Assembly (NCBI GenBank): GCA_964016885.1
Contig: CAXHJY010000264.1
Location: forward strand, 62,001 to 126,000
Length of the DNA: 64,000 nt
Reading direction: 5' to 3'
Source: Eledone cirrhosa
Lineage: Eukaryota
Below, one piece after another: positions 1 through 9,879 of this stretch. The notes beneath the pieces are model-generated. The model was not told the origin of the DNA. It saw only the letters and a list, made by a program, of their open reading frames with translations, and made no database searches. The number at the start of each line of letters is the position of its first letter. Position 1 is the stretch's first letter. A program made the position numbers and the translations under genes.

Positions 1-108
1 CCTTGCCAGAGCAAGGTGCGCTACATGGCCAGATATGCCTCCCGATGTGGACAACCCTGTCTAACCCATGCAAGCATGGAAAAATTGACGTTAAATGGAA
101 ATGATGAT
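1..108 (+). mobile_element. RTE-type 3' end remnant with (GAT)n tail into (TA)n
   Basis: CTAACCCATGCAAGCATGGAAAA..GACGTTAAA..TGATGAT, matching the 3' terminus at 21868-21922 and 12630-12680. Confidence 0.7.
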
Positions 109-300
109 AATATATATATATATGTATATGTATATATATGTGTGTGTGTGTCAATGTGTATGTGTATATTAGAAAAGGGAAGTAAGGTTCTATAAAAAAC
201 AGTGGTGACAGAGTTCTCCAGTCTCTTTCTCAACAAGGAAGGTGAAAAAAACTTACCTCTTAATTTTTAGTTTTTAATTCTTTTTAATTGTACTACTCAA

Positions 301-954
301 CATTTGATTAGATGAATTTTACTAATACATCGTAACCAGTAATACTTTATATACGTTATATACATTATAAAACTCTTTTTTAAAATAATTGTCCCTCTTA
401 TTTTTTCAATGTCATCTTTTAAATAATATCACTTTGACGAATCAAAGAAAGGGAAAAAAAGAAAAACAGACCCTAAAATATATTTTCCGTGCTATTTCCA
501 ACTTCACCTTTTCTCTCTCACTCACTCTCTCTCTCTCAATATATATATATATATATATTGTTATACTTGGGGAGGGTCATATTTTTGTAATATTGCCAGA
601 AATAACAGAACACACTCACTGTTTCGTTGGTTTTCGCTTCTGTATCTTTTATATCGCTATAGTTAATTTAACTGGCAATCAATGTTTATTACTGATTGAT
701 CAGCGGTTAAAAATACGGATATAAATATATATATATATAGTCTGTCAAAGTTATTTTGTCACACATCTGTGACACAGAGGCAAGAATAAATAAATACATT
801 AATAAAAATGGCGTAGACAATACAATAGAACGGGAGGAAACATAATAGTACCACTGATGATGTCACAGTGAGTGTGTTTTTATTATTATTTCTGGCAATA
901 TTATAATAATATGACCCTCCCCAAATATAACAATAATATATATCTATATATAAT

Positions 955-1014
<60 letters not shown>

Positions 1015-1436
1015 GAAGTTGGAAATAGCACGGAAAATATATTTTAGGGTCTGTTTTTCTTTTTTCCCTTTCTTTGATTCGTCAAAGTGACATTATTGAA
1101 AAGATGACATCATTGAAAAGAAGGGCGGTGGATTGGCAGTATCGGTAGAGGGTCGGACGCCATGCTTTCCAGCATAGTTACGTCCCTTTGCGGTCTGAGT
1201 TCAAATCCCACCGAGGTTGACTTTGCCTTTCATCCTTACAGGGTCGATAAAATAAAGTACCAGTAATGTACTGGGTTATTGATGGCCTTGTGCCAAAAGT
1301 AGAAACAATTATTGAAAAGATGACATTATTGAAAAAATAAGAGGGACAATTCTTTTAAAAAAGAGTTTTATAATGTATATAACGTATATAAAGTATTACT
1401 GGTTACGATGTATTAGTAAAATTCATCTAATCAAAT
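301..1436. repeat. Long inverted repeat: arm 301-622 versus arm 866-1436 (right arm interrupted by a SINE)
   Basis: TTTGATTAGATGAATTTTACTAATACATCGTAACCAG pairs with CTGGTTACGATGTATTAGTAAAATTCATCTAATCAAA. The internal (CT)n/(AG)n and (AT)n tracts are mirrored. Confidence 0.92.
1121..1307 (+). mobile_element. tRNA-derived SINE with ~28-bp target-site duplication
   Basis: A-box-like TGGCAGTATCGG and B-box GAGTTCAAATCC. Second copy at 13708-13895. ATTATTGAAAAGATGACATYATTGAAAA occurs at 1092-1119 and 1308-1335. Confidence 0.85.
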
Positions 1437-1499
1437 ATGGTGTCACATTGCGAGAGATCCAGGTCGGGAATTGTGTTTTGCTCACACAGAACTAATTTT

Positions 1500-2395
1500 G
1501 GCTGTGTTTCTATGGTGGGATGCCCTTCCTAATGCCAACCACATTTACTGTGTGTACTGGGTACTTTTTGTCATGACACCTACATGACCACTTTACAGTG
1601 TGGACTGGGTGCTTTTTGTTGTGGTTCAAGGATGACCACTTTATGGTATGTGTTGGGGACTTGTGGGTGGGGTGGGGAAGATGCATGGGAATTGGGGAAG
1701 CAAATATGGGGGAGGAGTGATGGATAGGAAGGTGGTGCATACTAGATGTAGGCCACAGATCACGGTCCTGTCTCATCACCATAGAGAGATGTAATTGTGC
1801 AAGGTCAGCTTTTATCACCCCATCCCACGTCTTCCTTGGCTTGCACCTTTTTATACAGCTGTCATCCTTCATACGTATCACAAGTCCATACCAATATAAT
1901 CTCCTCTCCTGCACACTGTATCTGATCCCTCTTATGTCTAGTTTCTCTCTCAGTTCATTTAAGCTTTGCTGTTCATGTATTGCACATCCATCAATGTGTG
2001 GAATCTTTATTTCTTTCCAATCTTAACAGGTCTTCAGTACCCAAGTCTCGCTGCTGTCCAACATTCTTCTTCATATACATGCATCATACTGTCTGCCTTT
2101 TGTTTTGAGGGGAACACCTTTTTAATTAGCAGCAGTTGTAACTCCCTGAACTTCCTTTAACCCGTTCTTACTCTGGCTACTGTGCTTTTGGAACATCCTT
2201 CTCCACTGCTAATTTGGTCACCCAGGTAACAAACTATCTACTATATCTACAGAGCTCCATATGGATATTTAAAGGTGTTTGTATCCTGAGAGCTACTGCA
2301 ACTTACTGCCCCTGTGCATCAGCCACATGTAAAACCTACGTTTTTTTGTTATCCTGCCTGAGATCCCACTACATCTCTTGTGTACCCATAGTTTG
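1500..2395 (-). mobile_element. Decayed RTE LINE 3' fragment
   Basis: Minus-strand ORF ERRLYWYGLVIRMKDDSCIKRC..PRKTWD is homologous to the C-terminus of 18290-21568. 3' UTR motif rc GGATGCCCTTCCTAA at ~1520. Confidence 0.85.
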
Positions 2396-2514
2396 CATAC
2401 ATACATATACATACATACATACATGTGTGTGTGTTTATCCCGGGTTCAATCAGGAGTAACCACAGTAAGGTACTCAATACATAATAGAGTGTGTACAATA
2501 TATAATATAGAAAT

Positions 2515-2566
2515 GGCTTCTACAGGACTAGAACTGTTTTATTCGAAGGAAATCATTAGGAAAGCC
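2515..2566 (-). ncRNA. Degenerate type I hammerhead-ribozyme-like motif
   Basis: Minus strand GGCTTTC-CTAATGA-TTTCCTTCGAAT-AAAA-CAG(TTCTAGTC)CTG-TA-GAAGCC. Helices I and III are present; both core boxes carry a G>A change. Confidence 0.45.
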
Positions 2567-2586
2567 TTGATGATTTCCTAAAACGA

Positions 2587-2927
2587 CATAGGTGAGAGTT
2601 ATAGCAACAACATGATAGGACTGGGGTCCCTATCATTAAAATAATCAAGAAAATTCCTCTAAGATAGAACTTGTAGGGAGCCAGCTAAACCTAGATAGCT
2701 GTGAACTGTAACAACAAGGTAAGATTGGGGTCCCTATCATTAAAACACCCAAGAAACCTCCTATGATATATAACCTTGTAGGAGACGAGCTAAACCTACA
2801 TAGGTGTGAACTGTAAAAACAACAATATGGTAGGTCTGGGCTTTCTATCATTAAAACATCCAAGAAACCTATGAGATACTTTGTATGAGGCCAGCTAAAC
2901 CTACATAGGTTTGAGTTGTAACAACAT
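2587..2927. repeat. Diverged tandem repeat, ~3 copies of a ~105-110 bp unit
   Basis: Recurring TGGGGTCCCTATCATTAAAA..CAAGAAA..CTTGTAGG..AGCTAAACCTACATAGGT. Confidence 0.85.
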
Positions 2928-3269
2928 AGCAGATAGTTTCTACCAACCTTATTTCACTTACAAAAGCCTTAGTCAACTGGAAGCTATGTAGAGATCTAGT
3001 AGCATTATATTTGTTTTAAATTGCTTTTTTTTGTTTTTTGTTGTTTCTTTTTCATGAAGACATAAGTCTGATTAAGAATCCAAACTAGGTCGTGGGTTGG
3101 GTTTGGTGAAAAACATTCTGTCACATGCATCCAAAATATTTCCTATATCATCATCATCAACTATAATTAAATAATGTAATTAGCATATTCATGTGCACAC
3201 ACACTCACACAAATAAACACACACACAAATGACCCCCCCCCCCCCCCCATATATATATATATATATATA

Positions 3270-3830
3270 TATAAGCTAGAGAGAGGATGTGTTAGAAAAA
3301 GTTCAGGGGCTACTACCGGTACTAACTACAAAAATGAAGAGTAGATTGTATGATATGTGTATATGAAGAGTAGATTGTATGATATGTGTATATGAAGAGT
3401 AGATTGTATGATATGTGTATATGAAGAGCAATGTAACACAGCAGTGAGACCTGGGCACTGTGTGCAGAAGATCTGAGAAGATTGGAAAGAAATGAAGCTT
3501 CCATGATCTGATGGAAGTGTAATAATAATATACATGAACAGCAAAGAGTAAGTGAATGAACTGAGAGAGAAATTAGGTATAAAAGGGATCAAATGCAGTA
3601 TGCTGGAGAGGAGATTGTGTTGGTATGGACATGTGATGTGTTTGTAGGATGACAGCTATATAAAAAGAAACAGTGCACTCAAAGTTGATGGAAGTTATGG
3701 AAAAGGCAATAAAAGCTAACTTCACACAATTTCATCTCTCAAAGGCAATAATGACACAGGAATGAGATATCTGGTGTTAAGCAGTGCTGCAGAAAACCCA
3801 CCCACCAGCACAGGATGTAACAACATCTTG
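3270..3830 (+). mobile_element. Decayed RTE fragment with an internal 3x29-bp tandem duplication (3334-3427)
   Basis: Encodes SETWALCAEDLRRLERNEA. The unit ATGAAGAGTAGATTGTATGATATGTGTAT starts at 3334, 3363 and 3392. Confidence 0.82.
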
Positions 3831-5424
3831 TGGCCTCTAGTATACACCACATCTACACCCACCCCTCCAGTCTTAACGTTTTAGACACTAGTCCTTAATC
3901 AGAAGATAGAATAATAAGAAATTAAAAAAAGAAACAGAAAGATAAAGAGTGAGAAGAAGAAACATAACAAATACTTTTGGATAAAGAGCATGAACATGTT
4001 AGTCAGCCATGTGTATGTGTGTGTGTACATATGTAAGTGTATATACATATACTCAACACCTCACTGCCTTAGGCCTCATTTTGCACCATGGATCCACAGC
4101 CATTTGCACTAGTACTGAGCAGAATTGAATTTTCCACCTTGGAACTACTTTTCCGATTGAACTCAATTCCCCCCTAACAATTCCTATAACTTCCCTTTAT
4201 CCTTGCTCTCCCACACAACCACACACATACAACTCCAACCACCACACAATACACACCCAAATTTACAACATCCGTATATACCACCCAACACACATCAATC
4301 TCTGTACACATAACCATCAATGATACACTGTCTGATGCATGCACATGAATGTGCACATGCCACCAATACACATTCCAGGGCTCACGTCCATGTGTGCTTG
4401 TATCTCTTATGCACATGGCACTCAGTGCCGCGGCTGTTGTACCATCAATGTTGAATAACATTTACTCCATCTCCACCATTTCCCAACTCTACACAGTAAC
4501 TTCACACTCTATAGCTTAGCTGTTTATGGTTGCACCACTATATCGTTGAATCCGAAGCAAAGCAGCTTGACGAAGCAACATGGCGAGTGGAGATATGCTG
4601 CACTGAAAAGTACCCATCCAACTGAGGCAATCATGGAAAAACAAAAATAAAAATGATGATGATGATGATGATATGTCTGTGGGCATGTTGCATGTATGTG
4701 TGTGTGAGGTAGAGAGAGAGAAAGGGGAGGAAGGGAGAGGCTTCCATACAGTTTCTGCTTACCAAATTAGAGTGGCAAGACATTGGTTAACCAAAGTCTA
4801 TGGTTCTGCACAGAGGAATTGAAATCTGAATCATGTGGTTTAAAAGCCAAACTTCTTAATCATAAAGCTAGCAATATTTGTTCTAAAATTCTAGTACTCA
4901 ATTTTTCACAGCTCGAAGGAGAAACTTTACTTTTTCCTGTCTCTCAATAAACATATCCTGTTCTATTTAAAAGAGGATTTAGACAACAAAGTTGTCAGAT
5001 TTAATACAATTTCTTATGTATACAGAAAAATTAGAACATTTATTTATTTATTAAGTCAAATCCTGTTTGTCTTTATTTTGGCATATTAGCCAAACATCAT
5101 CACCATAATCGATATTTTAATATTGACGATGGATCACCCAACTCTTATAAGTGGTTGAGTATTCCACTAACTTATGCCCCCTTATATTGATTTTGTTTGG
5201 AAATTATGATGAGACAATATGTGACAAGAATGGACTTTTGAATTACAGCTACAATCCATCCAAAGGACTTCCACACAGTTACTATCAACTGAATTTCACT
5301 TACAAGTTTTTGGAGGACCCAAAGATATGGTAAAAACACTTTTCCAGAATAATATGAAGTGAGATTGGACCTAAAACCTTATGCTTTTGAAGTGAACTTA
5401 ACCACGCGCATGCGTGCGTGTGTC

Positions 5425-5700
5425 AAATAATGGTAGTTAAGATGGGGGTTAAATTATCATAGTTGTTTATTGCATTATAAATATTTGTTACATGGTTATT
5501 CATGTGACTTCATCAGATGTTTACGACATTTGCCAAACTACTTCACCACTGGATGGACATACATTGCCACCAACATATCACAATGATTATATAATTGCAC
5601 AAATGATTGCGTAAGCATCTGACGAAGTCACATGAATAACCATGTAACAGATATATATATAATGTAATAAACAATTATGGTGATTTAACTACCAATATTT
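5425..5700. mobile_element. Fold-back element with a degenerate hammerhead motif in each arm (putative inverted Penelope-type pLTR pair)
   Basis: Arms ~5425-5532 and ~5600-5700. Right arm: CAT-CTGACGA-AGTCACATG(AATAAC)CATGTAAC..TATATA-TA-ATG. The left arm reads CTGATGA on the minus strand. The GAAA box is decayed. Confidence 0.6.
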
Positions 5701-5850
5701 CATAAATAAATACTCTGTCACTGAATATCACCTACCTGGGATAAACTACTGGCGTGGAGTGCTTTGGGTCGGTAGGACCTGTTTATTATCAGGAAGCTAC
5801 AACGTAACAAATAAGGTAAACAACACTCTCATACAACTATATATATATAT

Positions 5851-6125
5851 ATTCAAAATATTAACAAAATAGATATTCTTGTGATCAAGTATATTTTATT
5901 ATACATATTTCAGAGGTACTGAGTTAAGTTCAACAGTACGTCCTCATCAGATAAAATAAGATGATGCATGACATACCCTGACATAGTAGATGGTTAAGAT
6001 TCAGTCATGGTAGTGAATCTTATTTTATCTGAAGACGTACTGTTGAACTTAACTCAGTACCTCTGAAAAATATATAATAAAATATACTTGATCACAAGAA
6101 TATCTATTTTGTTAATATTTTGAAT
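5851..6125. mobile_element. Fold-back element, arms 5851-5962 and 6017-6125, with a hammerhead motif in each arm
   Basis: Arms are near-identical reverse complements starting at a (TA)n tract. Minus strand 5958-5892: TATTTTAT-CTGATGA-GGACGTACTG(12)CAGTACCTCT-GAAA-TATGTA-TA-ATAAAATA. Confidence 0.78.
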
Positions 6126-6136
6126 TAATATTAAAT

Positions 6137-6521
6137 ACAAAGTAAAACCTACTACAGTCAGTAGGCATCTCTAACAAAATACACCCCCGTCCCACCACCC
6201 CCACCCCATCGACACCGCCCCTTTCAATGTAAAGTTATGTTGGTGTCACAACATCCAGCCCGAAACAAATGAGGTCGTGTAGGTGTCACAACAAAAAAAC
6301 ACACAGTCCACGCTGTAATGTGGCCATGTAGGCAACACGGTAAAAACCTCCCAGCCCCACACTGTAAATGTGGTTGGTGTTAGGAAGGGCATCCAGCTGT
6401 AGAAAACCCGCCAGACAGTCCTATGCGAGCAAGACAACCACTCTTGCCTCAAGTGGGAAAACTCCCATCCAAACCCATGCAAGCGTGGAACATGGACGTT
6501 AAACGATGATGATGATGATGA
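6137..6521 (+). mobile_element. RTE 3' UTR-only truncated copy
   Basis: Highly similar to 17497-17875; ends with (GAT)n. Confidence 0.88.
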
Positions 6522-6859
6522 TTAATAACTCTGGAAAACCTTTTTCAGTTGAGTGCTTCCAATCTATTGTAAAACTCATACTTTGATGTATTCATTGGAC
6601 CTTGTTTAGCTTTTAAATATATATATATATATATCATATTGCTGGTCCTTCATCAGTTTCAACAATGGGTATTCTAGTTATTTGATCAACTGTATAACCT
6701 CCTCATGAAATTAACATGTAAGTGTTCCATAGACACATGTACCTTTCATGCAATTATTAAGAAGATTCAATGACAAACTGTGTGACAAGGCTGGCTATAT
6801 GAAATACAGGTACAACTCATTTTTTCCAGTCGAGTTATTGGAGCACCTACAAATATAGT

Positions 6860-7051
6860 GTCCTATCCCATACATCTCTTTTGTACCCAAGATCTGCATT
6901 GTGTATATTTTATAGAATTTATGCCAACTCCTTTTCTACATATCGAACATGGCCATTTCCCTGATGGAATCGGAGTTTTGTCCTCCTTTCAACTCATCAA
7001 CGCTTTTGTCTTAGCTAGGTTCACTCTCAGTCCTCTTGATTCCAACTGCTG
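6860..7051 (-). mobile_element. RTE internal fragment (finger region)
   Basis: Closely matches 22705-22895 (QQLESRGLRVNLAKTK..PSGKWPCSICRKG). Confidence 0.8.
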
Positions 7052-7086
<35 letters not shown>

Positions 7087-7164
7087 GGAGGTGAGTTTTA
7101 TTGTAGTACAATAAAGCAATGCAGATATCGGATAAGAAGCACTCTACAGTTTGTAGGACTGGAG

Positions 7165-7479
7165 TATACATAATATATAAGAACAAAAGATGGTTAAAAG
7201 AGTTCCATGTATTTTATTATGCGCATTTCAAAAACAAATATCATCATGCAATAATATTTGTGTTTTCATCAGATAAAACAGGAAGACATGATATGAAGGT
7301 TAAAAAACACTTGTGGATAGTGCTGATTTAAAACTGCACTATCCACAAGTGTTTTTTAACCTTCATATCATGTCTTCCTATTTTATCTGATGAAAACACA
7401 AATATTATTGCATGATGATCTTTGTTTTTGAAATGAGCATAATAAAATACATGGAACTCTTTTAACCATCTTTTGTTCT

Positions 7480-7492
<13 letters not shown>
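7165..7492. mobile_element. Near-perfect hairpin element (arms ~7165-7323 and 7336-7492, 12-nt loop) with hammerheads in both arms
   Basis: The arms are reverse complements with few mismatches; the right arm runs into (TA)n. Confidence 0.85.
7379..7449 (+). ncRNA. Type I minimal hammerhead ribozyme (mirror copy at 7210-7280, minus strand)
   Basis: TATTTTAT-CTGATGA-AAACACAAA..TTTGTTTTT-GAAA-TGAGCA-TA-ATAAAATA: 8-bp helix I and intact core boxes. The mirror copy has a palindromic TGCGCA helix III. Confidence 0.78.
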
Positions 7493-7510
<18 letters not shown>

Positions 7511-7511
<1 letters not shown>

Positions 7512-8762
7512 CATCATCATCGTTTAAAGTTCATCTTCCACGCTTGCATGGGTTTGGATGGGAATTTTCCCACTTGAGGCAAGATTGGTTGTCTTGCTCG
7601 TATAAGACTGTCTGGCGGGTTTTCTACGGCTGGATGCCCTTCCTAACACCAACCACGTTTACAGTGTGGACTGGGAGGTTTTTACTGTGTTACCTACACG
7701 GCCACATTACAGCGTGGACTGTGTGTTTTTGTCGTGACACCTACACGACCTCATTTGTTTCGGACTGGATGTTGTGGTACCAACATAACTTTACATTGAA
7801 GGGGAGGGGGGTGTATTTTTGTTAGAGGTGCCTACTGACTGTAGGTTTCGCTTTGTACTTAGGCAAAGCGGGTCTTCTGTATTACTGTGTAGCGCCAAAG
7901 ATCTCGGTCCAGTGACATTACCTTGTAGAGGTGTAAGTGTGTGAGGTCGGAATTTATCAAGTCGTCCCAGGTTTTTCTGGGTCTGCCTACTCTGTGACTA
8001 CCGTCTATTTTTATCGCCCTGCACTTTTTTATACAGCTGTCGTCTTTCATGCGCATCACGTGACCATACCAACGTAGTCTTCTCTCGAGTAAACAACATC
8101 TGATCCCTCTTATTCCTAATTTCTACCTTAGTTAGTTTATGCTTTGCCGTTCACGTATATTACTATTACACATCCAGCGGAGCATGCAAGCTTCGTTCCT
8201 CTCCAGTCTGCGTATATCCTCTGCACACAATGCCCAAGTCTCACTGCCATACAACATTGCTGTTCGTATGCAGGCATCATACAGCCTGCCTTTCATTTTT
8301 AGAGAGAACCCTTTAGCGGCCAATAGTGGTATAAGCTCTCTGAACTTTTCCATCCCGTTCTGACTCTAGCTACTGTACTTTCAGAGCACCCTCCCCCACT
8401 GCTGATTTTGTCACCCAGGTAACAGAAGGTGTCCACTATTTCTATAGAACCATCTGGGCAATGGAATGAGCTAGTATTCTGTGGGCACTTGCTGCTACTT
8501 ATTGCACCAGAGGACCGGCCACATATAAAATCTATATTCTTAGTTAGCTTACCTGTGATCGCACTACATCTTTTATGTACCCATACTTTGCATTTGGGAC
8601 ATAAAATGGAGTTTCTGCCTACTCCTTTCCCACACACTGAGCATGGCCATTTCCAAGATGGGACCGGTGCTTTCCCTCCTACAAACTAGAACTTTAGTCT
8701 TAGCCAGGTTAATTGTAAGGCCTTTTGATTCTAGGCCATGCTTCCGGGCTGGGAATTTCTTC
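7511..8762 (-). mobile_element. 5'-truncated, frameshifted RTE copy of the same family as 17939-21922
   Basis: ORF pieces 7859-8059, 8132-8353 and 8299-8637 are nearly identical to the long ORF's C-terminus. (ATC)n tail at 7511. Confidence 0.92.
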
Positions 8763-8880
8763 CATATATATATGGAAGAAATTCCATATATATATATATA
8801 TATAGTGAAAAATTGAACGGGAACAAAACAGAGAGGCAGTACAAACAAAGGTTTATTAGTTTCACGTTCTTGAGAGTGGG

Positions 8881-8907
<27 letters not shown>

Positions 8908-8915
<8 letters not shown>

Positions 8916-9408
8916 TAAAATAACAGATTAAAGTTTAAGCAAAGAATCGCTGCTTTCACCCTTAACGGAATCTTCTGAAACTAACAAAGTCTACGACTTC
9001 TGCTATACCATTTACGTGGTTTTGTCTTTGCGTGCTATTGTTCTCCATGCTCCACATATGACGTATTATCTTCCTTTTTTTCGTTCATTGCCAGAGAACG
9101 TCTCTATGAACCACCTAATAGAATATTAGTCTACGACTTCTTTTATACCATAAACGTGGTTCTGTCTTTGCGCGTAATTGTTTTTCACCGCTCCTATTAA
9201 TGACGTATTATTCGTTTTTTTCCCGTTCTTTGCCAGCGAACGTCACCATGAACCAAAGTATCGTCTTCCTGTCTTCCTCCGGTTGCAACGTTTTTTTAAA
9301 TATCCACTTCTACGTTTACAGATTGACTTTGTTAGTTTCAGAAGATCCTGTTAAGGGTGAAAGCAGCGATTCTTTGCTTAAACTTTAATCTGTTATTTTA
9401 ATAAATAT
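8908..9408. mobile_element. Fold-back element: ~84-bp terminal inverted repeats (8908-8991 / 9325-9408) with a hammerhead-like motif and an internal ~140-bp tandem duplication
   Basis: Right arm: AGTTT-CAGAAGA-TCCTGTTAAGGGT-GAAA-GCA(9)TGC-TT-AAACT. Internal repeats begin GTCTACGACTTC at 8989 and 9129. Confidence 0.72.
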
Positions 9409-9444
9409 TTGCTCTAGGGTTCTTATATATTTGATATATATTTA

Positions 9445-9558
9445 TCGCTTGCAATCAAAAGGTTGTGAGTTCAATTCTCAGACCGGGTGATGTGTTGTTT
9501 CCTTGAGCAAGACACTTTATTTCACATTGCTCCAGTTTACTCAGCTGTAGAAATGAGA
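9445..9558 (+). mobile_element. tRNA-derived SINE fragment (second family)
   Basis: B-box-like GAGTTCAATTC followed by CCTTGAGCAAGACACTTTATTTCACATTGCTCCAG; reverse-complement homologue at 23720-23788. Confidence 0.7.
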
Positions 9559-9569
9559 TGATAGGGACT

Positions 9570-9750
9570 GGGGTCCATATCATTCCACTGCAAAGTGGTC
9601 GTGGAGATGCCACGGCAAAAAAGCACCCAGCACTCACTGTAAATGAGGTTGGTGTTAGGAAGGGCATCCAGCTGTAGAAATCTAGCCAGAATCAGTTCCC
9701 GTCCCACCCTTGCAAGCAGGGAAAAGCGGACGTAAAATGATGATGATGAT
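9570..9750 (+). mobile_element. RTE 3' UTR fragment (second subfamily)
   Basis: Shares CACCCAGCACTCACTGTAAATGAGGTTGGTGTTAGGAAGGGCATCCAGC with 12498-12547. Its terminus matches the rc of 21995-22052. Confidence 0.8.
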
Positions 9751-9879
9751 ATATATACATATATATGTATATATTTATATATATATATCATCATGATCAA
9801 CATCATATGTCCGCTTTTCCCTGCTTGCTGCCCATGTCTCACTACCATGCATCATATAACTGATATATATATATATATA

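Noticed and set aside
425-497. Hammerhead-like reading in the outer arm of the 301-1436 repeat (TTTGACGA..TAAAA)
   Set aside because: Both core boxes deviate, helix II is poor, and the orientation is opposite to the other elements.
1121-1215. tRNA gene
   Set aside because: A/B boxes are present but there is no cloverleaf; the sequence continues into a repeated SINE body with a TSD.
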